Positions 24,007-35,877 of a DNA stretch of 64,000 bases are shown here, in pieces; position 1 is the stretch's first letter; each line of letters begins with the position of its first letter. The translations under genes and the position numbers were made by a program. The stretch is from Zancudomyces culisetae HAW-14-8 (taxonomy: Eukaryota; Fungi; Kickxellomycota). A model generated the notes under the pieces. That model did not search any database, had not been told where the DNA came from, and worked only from the letters and a program-made list of their open reading frames with translations. The stretch covers positions 2,046,001-2,110,000 of the forward strand of contig JBNJNM010000008.1 of NCBI GenBank assembly GCA_052426225.1, written 5' to 3'.

Positions 24007-27000
24007 ATGAAGAAGAGAATAAAGAATGCGGAAAGGTACGAGTGGTTTGTGTCAAAACTGCGGGGAAAAAAGAGTCGAGTGGAGCTGTCAAATATGGGAC
24101 TTGAACAAAATGAAAATGAATATATAAATGAAAATATAAATGAAAATATAAATGGAAATATAAATGAAAATATAAATGGAAATATAAATGAAAAGAAGGA
24201 AAATAAGGAAGAGGAAAAGGAAAAGGAAAAGGAAAAGGAAAAGGAAAAGAGGTGTTTGGATCAAGCAAATAAAGGGGATTCGGGGAAAAGTGAACGGGAT
24301 AACAATTGTGCATATATGTACAACCCCGAATACTTTGAAAGCGACATGCTTTTGGCGATAAAAGAAAAGCGTGTAAAAATACAAGAGAACATAAATTCAG
24401 CAACACCACGAAGTGTTAATAGAAGGCCTAGTTTATGGCAAATGCTAAATAAAAGAAAAAAAATAGTTCCATTTGGTAGAAAAAACGAAAGAGAGACTAA
24501 GGCCATTCCATATATGAATCAAAGAGATCAAAACGAAAAAACGATCAAATTGGAAGAAGAAGAAGAAGAAGAAGAAGAAGAGGAGGAGGAGCAGGAGCAG
24601 GAGGAGCAGAAACAGAAGCAGGAGCAGGAGCAGGAGAATGATAATGATAAAGGTATAGATAGTAAAAGGGAGAGAGAAAGCAAAAAGAATAGAGACAGAG
24701 ACAAGGAAGAAGGAAAGGAAAGAGTTGCATATAATAATACGGTCAAAAACACAAATGATATATTGAGCGTGCCAATGGTTAGAGGTAGAATGAACAAAAG
24801 TTCAACAGATATTATACAGAAAGTGGGTAAAGAGGAGATTAGAACAAGCAAACTTGGAATTGCGAGCAATATCGAGATTAAGAGTTACAACACAAAAGTA
24901 GGAGGTGGAGATCAAGAGTGGGATTTCTTTAACGAAAATGAACCGAGCTTGAAGGAAGGACGTGAATCAATGGGAGATGTGGATAAACAGGAGAATGGAA
25001 TTGCAGGATATTACAATTTTGAAAGAGAAGAGGCAAATAAAGCAAGTACGACATCGTTGAAGTATAAAGGCAAAGATATTGAGAGAAAGTTAGCAGATAG
25101 TATAGAAAAGCTGAATATGATGTTTCAGCAAAGGTCAAGTAAAACACAGAGCAAGACCAAGCTGCAGAAAGAAGGTATGGATAATAAAGATGATGAATTA
25201 TGGTCAAGCGAGAGTAGAGAGGTGGAGATTGTTGATGAAGATGATGAAATGATGGTGGTGGCGTTTAAAAGTAAAAGTCGAATGAAAAAGGATTCAATAA
25301 AGCAAGTTGAAGGTTGTGACCGTAAAAGTATCCAAGAGGAAGAAAGAGAAGAAAATGAAAAAGTAAAGGAAAAATCGGCATCAAAACAAAATTTGAAACA
25401 TGTAAAAGGTGGTGGAAAAGTTATAAATGAATCAGAGAAAAATAAAAAAAACCAAGAGAAAAAAGACGTAGAGGAAGTAAAAGAGGAAGGGGATGATGAT
25501 GATGATGATGGCGGTGTGAATGTATATAAAGAGATAGCGGATGCGATTTATTTACAAGACAAGAGTAAAAAATATTTTTATATGTTCAAGGAACTAAAAG
25601 AAGGGAAATACTTGGATTTTATGGGGAAAAACAAAGATTTGAACAATAGAGTACTGGTATATTATATGAAGAACTTTAATTTTGAAAAGCAACGGATAGA
25701 CGAGAGTTTAAGGAAGTTGTGTGGACAGATATTGATGAAGGGAGAATCGCAGGCGATAGATAGGGTATTAGAGGAGTTTTCCAAGAGGTATATAGAGTGT
25801 AATCAAGACAACAGGCTTATAACCATGGAGAATGCGCATATTATAGTATTTTCGATATTTTTGCTGAATACAGATTTACATTTGGCCGAGATGAAAAGCA
25901 AGGACAGGATGACGTGGAAAAAATATGTAAATAATACGATAGAGGCAATAAGCATTAGTAAACAGGAAGAACTGATGGAGAGAACAAAATCAGCAACGAC
26001 GGTTCATAAAAAGTCCAGAGATGAAGATATGAAGCTACCAAAGATATTGTCTAGCCAAAGGTTAACATCTAAGGAATCTGATAGTTCTACAATACTTTTA
26101 AAATCCAAAAGTCAACAATATGAAAAAGAGGAGGAAAAAGAAAGGAGAAATACAGGAGTTAGTGATGGAGAAAGTTTGATAGATAATCCTTTAGAACAGG
26201 TTAAAAAGAACAAAATCAAACTGTATAAACATAACAGCAAAACCCAACCAGAACTATCAAGAGAAAAAGACGAAACAAGTAAAATTGATGAGAAACAGAT
26301 TAACAAGAGTCATATTTTTGGGCAGAAAGGATGGAGAGATGTTGAAAATTACAAAAGTGAAAGAGAGAAATATAGTGGGCAGCAGAATTTAAAAGAAGTG
26401 GTGGAAGGATTTTGTAAAGAAAAGATGAATAAAAGAGAGATATTAGGTAACAGTAAAAAAATGGATAAATTAGAAAAATCACAGGATAATAAAACAAATA
26501 AAAACAAGATATCATTAGGAGGAGTAGGAGTAGGAGTAGGAGGAGGAGGAGGAGGAGGAGGAAAGGAAGAGATGGTATTAGAAAGGAATAAGAAAAAGTC
26601 AGTGGATTCTCATCGACATTTTTTTGCAGATCGAATGGTACATTCAACACAAGAAATTTCTACAAATGAAAAAATTGATACACTATTAAAAGAGATATAT
26701 AATTCAATACGAACCAAACCATTAATGAAGCCAACATTTTCAACAGAAACACAGAAAGGTTTGAGTTTGAATGAAAAGTCAACAACAACAACAACAACAA
26801 CAGCAGCAGCAATAGAAGACCATTCTAACCAAGACAATGAGGAGAGTTATTCGATTAGGGAAAGGTCTAGTAGTGTAAGAAAGGAGAGAAGTACAATGTA
26901 TGAAGTGAGTAGTCACGATAGTAAAACCAAAGTGTTTGATAAAGGTGTACAACAAAAGAGTGAAAAATCATTTTCCAAAAAGAGTATAAGAATTTTAAGC

Positions 27001-27136
27001 TCATTTTATTCTAGTAATAGTGGAGAAAAAGAATCAAAAAAGGTATCAAATATGATGGGTTCTACTAAATCTTCATTTTATTTACAACAGGATCAATTTA
27101 ATCGACAAAATTATATTAATCAATATACTAAAATGC

Positions 27137-27169
<33 letters not shown>

Positions 27170-29460
27170 CACAATCACAATCATTATCACAATTACAATC
27201 ACAAAATCAAATTTATGGACAACATTTACCTTCACTAAGAAATCATACAGCTTATCATCAAGCATTAATGAGTGCAATAAAATATGGTAATACTAATACT
27301 AATACTAATACTAATGGTAATGATAATCAAAATCAAAATCAAAATCAAAATGAAAATGAAAATGATACTACAATAGAACAGTTAAATCTTAATTTATGGA
27401 ATTATCAACGAGATACAAACAACCTGATGAACATTCATATTTCTATAGAAGGGTTGCCTATCGCAAGCAAAAACTATTACCGAGTTGGATACTTGGCAAG
27501 AAAGTATTTGTTGGAAAGAGGAGGAAGAAAACCAAGAAGCAGAAAATGGAAAGGGTATTATGTAATGTTGGCGGGTGGTGTTGTATACTTTTTCAAAGCC
27601 GATGAAATGGGAACACCAAATCCTGACCTTGGTCTTACTACAACAATTCCTCTTCCAATAGCATCTCAGATTATGGAGAGAGCAAGTTTGCTTCATTCAT
27701 ATACTCAAGTTATGCCTTCGCCTGGTTATTCTACTCTTCGTCCTCATGTACTTGCCTTGACTCTAAAATCTGGTGAAATTTACTTGTTTCAAACCTACAC
27801 CGCTCAACAAGCCTCTGATTGGGCTTTTGCTTTCAACTATTGGGCTGCCTTGAAATCAAAAGAACCTAATTTTGCTGGTATTTCTATTACTTCAAATCTA
27901 GAATATGGTTGGAAAAATACCTTTATTTCCAATTCCAATTCCAATTCCAATTCCAATTCCAAGTCGAAATCTAAATCTAATTCTAAATCCAATCCTGCTT
28001 CCCTTTCCCCAACTTTATCATCTTCTAATCTTTCTGCTTTATCTCAACTAGATACTCAATCTCAAATTGCTTCTTCCATTAAAAGTATTGATGATAAATT
28101 TGAAACTTCAAGTACAAAATCCAACTCAAAATCGAAATCAAATTCAAATCCAAAATCCAACTCAAAATCAAAATCAAAATCGAAAATTAGCCTTTATACA
28201 AACGAAAACTCTAGTAAATCAAATAAACATCTTGCTAGTATTCATAAATTTGTAACTGACTATAACAACTCTAATTCCAATTCTACAAATATTGTTGACT
28301 GGGTTGCTCCTAAAGATCCCGATATTCCCTCCGTAAACAACGAACTTGAACAAATCAAGGCATTTTCAAAACATTCTGCTTATCTAGACTCTGAACTGAT
28401 CTCTCACAAAGCTGTCTTTATAACAATCAATCCTAATCTACCTACTACCTCAACCTCAACCTCAAATTCTACCTCAAATTCTACCTCAACTTCTACTTCA
28501 ACTTCTGCCACAACTTCTTCCTCTTCTTCTTCCAGTATTTATAACAAGGCCTTTCACAATTGGGAGAAAAAGGCTCAGTATTTACTACACGAATTGGTAA
28601 AATACAAATCTTATATTGATTGCTTGGAATCTGCAATCGCTCTTGAAAGCTCCTCTCGACCTCAACCTCAAACTCAACCCCAAACTCAAACTCAACCCCA
28701 AAATCAAACTCAACCCCAAAATCAAACTCAAAATCTTTTATCCGATGATAATGTTGTTATGGTTGATCAATCTTCTTGTAAAAATTTAAATAACACTCGT
28801 GTTGAAAATCCTAAACTACCACTTGATCCTATTCCTTCTCCTTATTCTTCCTCAAAACTTGTCAATTCTACTAGTACTAAATCATTTGTTTATTCTCGTA
28901 GACGAAGCTCTACCATTGGCTCCCAAAACCTTTTTTCTTCCAATTCTTCAAAGCTTGCTTCCACTGATCTTTCTACTCCATCCAAAAAATTCAATTCTGC
29001 CGCTAAATTTCCTAAAATACCTAACCTTTTTTCAACCTCTCTTCCACACCCACCACCACATCCCCCTCTTCCTCTTGCTCACTCTAATCATTTGCCATTC
29101 CCCTCTATTCCTCTCCACTCTTCTGCTTTGGCTTTCAACAAATCCTCCAAAACAATCCCCTCTCTCAAAACTCCCTCTTCTTCTCCCTCAATTCTTCTCC
29201 CCGATTTATTTACAACCCACTATAATATCCCTCCTAATTACCACCCTCACCATTCCGAATCTATAATCTCCGCTCCCTCCTTTCCTCCCAAACCCTCCCT
29301 CCAATCAACTCCCGATAACCCCCCCTTTTCTCCTGACTACTCTGTTTCTTCTTCCTTGGTTTATCTTTCTAAATCCATTCCAAAAAGAAAAACTTTTTCT
29401 ACTCATCGTGATATTCAGCCAAGACACCTTGGGTCTTCTCCTGGGATACAGGATGAATAA
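24007..29460 (+). CDS. Sec7 + PH domain Arf GEF (EFA6/Syt1-like) with extensive low-complexity regions
   Basis: Sec7 motifs LMKGESQAIDRVLEEFSKRY and FSIFLLNTDLH. PH domain VGYLARK...RKWKGYYVML...YSTLRPHVLAL...WAFAFNYWAA...EYGW. C-terminal coiled coil WEKKAQYLLHELVKY. Confidence 0.9.
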
Positions 29461-29751
29461 ACTACAAAATCAAACCCCTTTTCATTATCATTCTCTTTTA
29501 CCCAATATGTATCAATACTATAATTCTATTTTAAATATAGTAAAGTACAATCCTTTTGTAGTGGCATAGATTTTTTAGCTTAGTTTATAACTCTATCTAT
29601 TAAATACCCATTATATAAAAGTTCTTTCTATTTTTTTTCTTTTAAAAAAAATTTTTGTGGTTAAGATAGCAAATAAAAGATATCTTACAATTAGAATGCT
29701 TTATTATGATTATATATTACACAAATCTCAACATTTAAAAAAATTATAGTC

Positions 29752-30405
29752 TTATTTTTTAACTCGAGCCTTTTTGTTCTTAAAATCTCTCCAGCTAGCC
29801 ACTCTAGCATCCCGGTTTTTTTCCCAATCTGCCTCTTGTTTCTTTCGCTTTTTAATTTCTCCTTCCAATTCTTTCTGCTTCAAGTGCTGTTTTTTCTCCT
29901 GTTCACTTTCTACCCTAGCCTTGTTTCTTTTCCTCCATTCCATCTCAATCACCATAGTACGATACTTTTCTGAAACTGCTGCCTCAAATTCTTTTCCCTC
30001 AAATTTTATCTGCGAAACCTTTTCGTCTTTTTCTCCGTACAGCTTTTCTAGCTTCAACTTTAGATTTTTGCGCTCCTGTGTTACCAATCCTCGAGCATCT
30101 TCAATCATCTTCAACAGCCACGTTCGTTGTTGTTGGTCCATTAGGTCACTCTCTGCCTTTTTGAGTATCTCGAATGCATCTCGTGCTCTTTCATGTTGCG
30201 TTTTATCTGGATGAATCAATAGTGACTTTTTTCTATATGCTGATTTTATTGCCGAATCTTCGCAACTATATTCCAATTCCAAAATTTTAAATGGATCGAT
30301 CTTTGAACAGCCCAAGATTCTTTCTACCTCCTTTTGTCGTGAAAGTTGAGTAATTTGATGTTTAAAATATCTATCAAGTTCATCATTCTCCTTGGAATTG
30401 CTCAT
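29752..30405 (-). CDS. J-domain protein DNAJC8/Spf31
   Basis: DPFKIL...YRKKSLLIHPDK...ARDAFEILKKA; C-terminal WEKNRDARVASWRDF. Confidence 0.88.
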   Translation of the reverse strand: MSNSKENDELDRYFKHQITQLSRQKEVERILGCSKIDPFKILELEYSCEDSAIKSAYRKKSLLIHPDKTQHERARDAFEILKKAESDLMDQQQRTWLLKMIEDARGLVTQERKNLKLKLEKLYGEKDEKVSQIKFEGKEFEAAVSEKYRTMVIEMEWRKRNKARVESEQEKKQHLKQKELEGEIKKRKKQEADWEKNRDARVASWRDFKNKKARVKK

Positions 30406-30648
30406 ATTCTGTTTTCGCTTTGTTTTTTATTTTTTATTGATCCCTTTTAAAATTAATATATTTGATACAAAATAATATGCGATTTTTAAATATCGGAAAA
30501 TGCGTAGATAAAAAATTTAAATCAATTTAATTTTACGAACTTTGTTAAATATTTAGGTTTAAAAAGTACTCATGAATCAATTACTTTTAAACAAATAGAA
30601 TTCTTGGAAAACTTGGAAAACTTGTAAAAAATATAAAATAAAGGGTTC

Positions 30649-32136
30649 TCAGAGTTTATATCTGAATGAAGGGTGTCGATCATTTAGCTGAACCTGCTCA
30701 TCTTCAGTAAGATGAGAGACATCTATGGGATTTCTATCCCTCCTGTCGTTAGTAGTCTTATAGTACAGGGCAATAGAAAGTGATAACACTATCCCTACTG
30801 CAGGTAGCACGATCATTAGAATAAACCCGATTGTAAATGCTGGTGCATAGTTTCTGGTAAAAAAGAGTGGTGATACCATTGAACCAGCAGAGCCTACAGC
30901 AACTACAAGCGCAGAAGTTATCAATCTCTTTGATGTACCACCTACATTGAGCGATGACCAGGTCACAATCAGTGATGAGTTTGGAGTTCCGCTAAGGCCA
31001 GCCACACAAAAAAATATGTATTTCAGTGTAGCGTTCTTTACGAATCCAACAACAGCAAAGGATACCAGCAGAATTAAAAAGTTTCCTGTAATCATCAAAT
31101 AATAAGGAATACGCTTGGCCAGTCGGATACTTAGAAACGTTGATATCAGGCCTATTAGAGATGGAATCGATGTGAACAGTAAGGACATGTTGCTTGAAAA
31201 CCCAATCTGTTTGAGAATCGTAGGACCATAAGCAATTGTAGTTGTGTTGCAGTATTGCATTGTAAAAAACATTATGCAGTGTGGGAAAACCCGCCATTCG
31301 GTAGCATCCCGAACAACTTTTGTAAATGTTAATCGTGCTTTTGTTGCTAATCCATGACTCTCTCGTAGTCGTTTGGTTATCAATGCTCTTTCCTCCTCTG
31401 TTAATATTTTTGAAGTTTCTGGATAATCCACAATAACAAAAAAGGCAAGTATACCTACAAGTGCTGTCAGAATCCCCTCAAATAGAAACAGCTGTTGATA
31501 TTTATGCATATTTATATCTAATGATGTAAACGCCAAAGCCAATGGTCCACCCACTATCCCTGCAACTGGCAAAGCGGTAAAAAACAGAAACATTCGTGAT
31601 GGTATCTCGTCAAGAGTATACCAGTATGGCAGAAATGCAATGACTCCTGGAGAAAGCCCTGCTTCAAGTGCACCCATAACAACTCGCACTATGTTGAACT
31701 GTGTTCCATTTTTTACAAATGCCAAAATAATGGTGCATATTGACCAAGTAGTGCCAATCAAAGAAAACCAGTGGTGAGGTTTAAACCGTTTTAGCAAGAT
31801 ATTCGCTGGAAATTCACAAAGAATGTATGCTACTCCAAATAAAACCATTGTGTTTGCTTCTTCTGTCACCGAAAGATTGAGATCTTTGCTAAGTCCAACA
31901 ACAAGTGCAGAGCCTATATTGGCCTTGTCGATCAATGAACTAAGATATAGGAGCATCACTACTGGCACCAGCCGAATATCTATCTTTTTGAGGTACCTTT
32001 TTTTGATTTGCTGCTCGTGTTCAGTAAGCACTGAAATTGAGTTGACATTTATTTTATCACTATACTTGGTATACAAGTCATCTTTACTCGGTATGTCAAT
32101 GTTTGCTCCTGCCATTTTTTCCCTGTTCTCTTTCAT
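30649..32136 (-). CDS. MFS transporter, anion:cation symporter (Dal5/Tna1-like) family
   Basis: KKIDIRLVP, DKANIGSA, EAGLSPG..WY, FLFEG, DYPE and C-terminal DRHPSFRY; about 12 TM segments. Confidence 0.9.
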   Translation of the reverse strand: MKENREKMAGANIDIPSKDDLYTKYSDKINVNSISVLTEHEQQIKKRYLKKIDIRLVPVVMLLYLSSLIDKANIGSALVVGLSKDLNLSVTEEANTMVLFGVAYILCEFPANILLKRFKPHHWFSLIGTTWSICTIILAFVKNGTQFNIVRVVMGALEAGLSPGVIAFLPYWYTLDEIPSRMFLFFTALPVAGIVGGPLALAFTSLDINMHKYQQLFLFEGILTALVGILAFFVIVDYPETSKILTEEERALITKRLRESHGLATKARLTFTKVVRDATEWRVFPHCIMFFTMQYCNTTTIAYGPTILKQIGFSSNMSLLFTSIPSLIGLISTFLSIRLAKRIPYYLMITGNFLILLVSFAVVGFVKNATLKYIFFCVAGLSGTPNSSLIVTWSSLNVGGTSKRLITSALVVAVGSAGSMVSPLFFTRNYAPAFTIGFILMIVLPAVGIVLSLSIALYYKTTNDRRDRNPIDVSHLTEDEQVQLNDRHPSFRYKL

Positions 32137-34494
32137 ACTCTCTTATTTATTATACCAGATTTAAACTTATATATCTAAAGTATCTTTGTTGGTATACAAA
32201 ATAGTATAATTCTAAAAAAAAATTTTTTTGGTTTAAAGGTTAAATAGATAAATGAAAGAAGAAAAATATAAAGAGTCTCAGGATTTCATGTAGCTGGTGC
32301 TCAAGATATAAAAAGATTTATTATTATTATCAATTGTAGTGTGGATAGTGTGCTACTTTTACTCGTTAATAAATTGATTGAAGGTGTAAAAATGTGGTTA
32401 ATGATGTTTACTTTTCCAGACATTTTTTTAATTTATAACCGGATCATTTCTTGTTTTAATAATAGGACATGTTTATATGCAAATGAAATCAAATTAGTTA
32501 CATCTGACATTCCTTATTTTGGGTTTTTTAAGATTATTTTATTTTGAAAATGATGACTCAGCAAGGAATCTGGAATTTAAATCGAAAAATTAAATATGAC
32601 TAGGTTATCATTGGCTGATAAGAGAACTGAATTAAGTTCATTGAATAATATTATCATTCAAACTTGGGCCACTAATTGAGTACATCTTAACAGCTAAAAA
32701 ATGTATTGATTTGATTTGCTGAAATGGTGTAAACTGTTCAATATGCTTATCTTTTTTTTTAAATCTTTTTTTTAAATCTTTTTTTTAAATCTTTTTTTAT
32801 TTATCAACACGTGCTGATTCACTGCGGGACTTGGAATCAATCAGATTTTGAATAAAAATTATTCCAGCTGCTCAGTTGACAATTATGTAATATGAAGGAT
32901 ATTGTTGAACAATCTTTAATAATAATTGCGATGTCGTGGGTTGAGTTGGGTTGGCAATCACCCAGCTTTGTTATCTATGATCCTGGTTAAAGGTGCGTAG
33001 TTGGTGTTATTACTTGGTTCATTTTGTAAAAATTAGATTCAATTGGGTATTCAGTTCCCCACTGTTTACTCTAACCTTCCCAAATAATTATACTATGTAA
33101 ATTATAAACCATCTCTGTATATTAATAACGATAATAAATATTGGTAAAAATAATAATGAGACCCGCTTTCTTCCTCCTTCACTCTTGACTTTGTGATTAT
33201 TTATCGCACTTGTATATAAAGCATATAATTTAAACAGCTGTATACAAAGTATGCAAATGAGTGGCTCCATGTGATCTGAGTATCAAACTCAGAGATATAA
33301 GTGGCATGATGATGCAGTTTTTTCATATTTATCTGGTTTTCAAAATTACAATCATGAAGTTTTTTTTTTTTAATTACTAATTAAAACCGCAAATTATTAT
33401 ATAAAATTCATAGTATTGTTTGTATCGTAAGTTCCCCCTCCACTTACACATGCATTCACAATCTAGATTATTTGTTCACAATGAACCAATTAGTGGATTA
33501 CAAGCGATACATCATATGTACTTACTAGATCTTATTTGGATTAATGATGGCAGTTTGTAATATAATAGGCGTTATAAAAACAACAGCAATTATTTATACG
33601 TACTGCTTATAAAGGAATTTCAATCATATCGCATAAAATCTCGATGAATATGGGTATGAAAAAAATGAGTATAAAATTTCAATCACAATACAAGTAAAAG
33701 TCACAATATCAGTCACATATCCATATTTTTACAACTTCTCTTTGACCTACCAAAATTTTAATCTAAAACACAGGGAAATATTGTAAGCAGTAATACGTAT
33801 TATTAATTTTGTGGGATATTTTAGCAATAAATACTGATATAATCAATAAATCCGATTAATCTTTTGACTATGAATAAATGTAATTTGATAATATAATCAA
33901 GCAACAGCGTATAAAACAAGTCTCAGAGTTGAACTAGACAAGCAATTGCAAATCTGTACAAACATATTGAGTAAGTGGTGCCATTTAATGTGGCTATCCA
34001 CCAAATTCATCAATTTGAATTAATCCAATTTATAAGCTATTATTAATACATTATTTGGTGATAGCAAGTATATTCTGAAACATTTAACGCACTACCCAAA
34101 CTAAATAGGAGCCTCACATACTCGTCTATTGACTCTATAAAACCCAAAAGGAAAAGTATAATGTTAGATTTTGTTTTTTTTCGTGTGATGAATTTATTAA
34201 AAAGATGGTTCACAACCATTCGTAATTATTTCCCACAGAAAATTCCAGGTAATTCAAAAAGTATCACAATAATAATTTTTGGTCAACATACACACTTTAT
34301 TTATTCTTTGTATCATTGTAAACTTATTTACAATACAAACTATAAGTTTCTAATCTATGATACCAAGGTGCCCAGTAATCTGGCCTGATTATGTTGCTAC
34401 TCTATTTAATAATCACTAACCATACTATTAAAGAGGAAGTGAGTGAGGGGGTGAGGCGAGGGGAGGGGAGGGAGGATGTAGTAAAATTCTAGTA

Positions 34495-35877
34495 TTAGGG
34501 TTGTGCAAGGTAATCTATTGATACTGTGAATTTCTCCGGATCCCTAAAGTTATATTTGGTTAAGGGGCTACATTCAACAAACTCTGGTCCCTCTTGAAAC
34601 TTTATTGGGGTAGTATCAAATATCTGATCCCTAGTCATGTTGGAATAATATTTTTCTAACTGGCTAAACTCTTTTGTGTCGTATGCCACTTGTACTCCTG
34701 GTACAACGACTACTTTATTGTACCCAAGCCTCCAAAAATCGTTACATAGTAATGAGCATTCCGATGCAGCACATTCATTGCTTGGTACCTTGGACCTGCG
34801 GAACTGTAAGTTTGTTGGTGCCTCAAACGGACGCGGATTAAGTATAGCAATTCCGTTCCAGCAACACTGTACCTGAAACGGCTGATATTTTTTCATGCGT
34901 TCGGTCCCTCTTTCGTCAGATACCATTTTATCTAATGTCTTTTTAAAGGCATTTCCGTTTATATCTCTAGCTACCCATGTGTCCCTAAACCTTTTTTCAT
35001 CTGGATTCTTTCCTGTTTCATCATAAAAATCTAAATCTAATGGACATGTTATATCCGCGCCGTGGATATATGACTGTAATATTAATTCAAGAATATCATT
35101 TCTGCAAAACATGACATCATTAATAAATACAATTTTATCGAATTTATTTTTCTGGTTGGAGTCTGAGTAGATAGAAAAATGGCTAGTTTTCTGGTACAGG
35201 TCGTAAAACGGCTTCATCACTTTGTTTCGTACACCTGCCAAGTATTCTATTCTATGATACACTTGTGGTTTCCCCTCATTTTGCATAATTATTTTATGAC
35301 CTATTCCCAATATTCTCAACCTTTTAGCAAATTTTCTCAATATCAGTTTGGTATCGTCGACTGACCCGCTTTCAAAAATCGAGAAAAAAACATTGTTGTA
35401 CCCCAGCACTTCAAAGACTTTAATTATCTCGTCAACGAAATTTGGTAATATTTCTTCGTTGTTGTAAAAATTGACTGCAAAAAAATACTTTTGAGGTCTA
35501 GAAAATTTCGGATATCCATTCGTATAAGATTTACTGTGTATTTCTTGCTCATTGTTCGTTCCATACTCACTATTAGTATCATATATGTTATTCGGCGATA
35601 ATGAATCGTATCTTCCAAACACTTCACGTTTTTTGTCAAAGCGTTCTCTTTCCTTTGTTGCACACAGATTTGCTATCCGGCTTGCTCTCGAATTTTGAAT
35701 TTCCTTTAACATTTTCTCGTCTGCAATGGGTTCGGGTACCTTTTCAAAAATTGATTTTACGTTTAAATAGATAAGGCCTACATAAAACAATAAAAACAAA
35801 TACATTAGCAAAGTCTTGAACTTGCTATTTTTAACTGTAAGCTTTTGTTTTAGACGATTCGATAATTGTGCTGGCAT
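34495..35877 (-). CDS. CAP59/CMT1-family (GT69) alpha-1,3-mannosyltransferase
   Basis: Type II TM anchor; FFSIFESGSVDDT, RIEYLAGVRNKVM.P, VFINDV, DTWVARDING, VQCCWNG and CAASECSLLCNDFW. Confidence 0.88.
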   Translation of the reverse strand: MPAQLSNRLKQKLTVKNSKFKTLLMYLFLLFYVGLIYLNVKSIFEKVPEPIADEKMLKEIQNSRASRIANLCATKERERFDKKREVFGRYDSLSPNNIYDTNSEYGTNNEQEIHSKSYTNGYPKFSRPQKYFFAVNFYNNEEILPNFVDEIIKVFEVLGYNNVFFSIFESGSVDDTKLILRKFAKRLRILGIGHKIIMQNEGKPQVYHRIEYLAGVRNKVMKPFYDLYQKTSHFSIYSDSNQKNKFDKIVFINDVMFCRNDILELILQSYIHGADITCPLDLDFYDETGKNPDEKRFRDTWVARDINGNAFKKTLDKMVSDERGTERMKKYQPFQVQCCWNGIAILNPRPFEAPTNLQFRRSKVPSNECAASECSLLCNDFWRLGYNKVVVVPGVQVAYDTKEFSQLEKYYSNMTRDQIFDTTPIKFQEGPEFVECSPLTKYNFRDPEKFTVSIDYLAQP

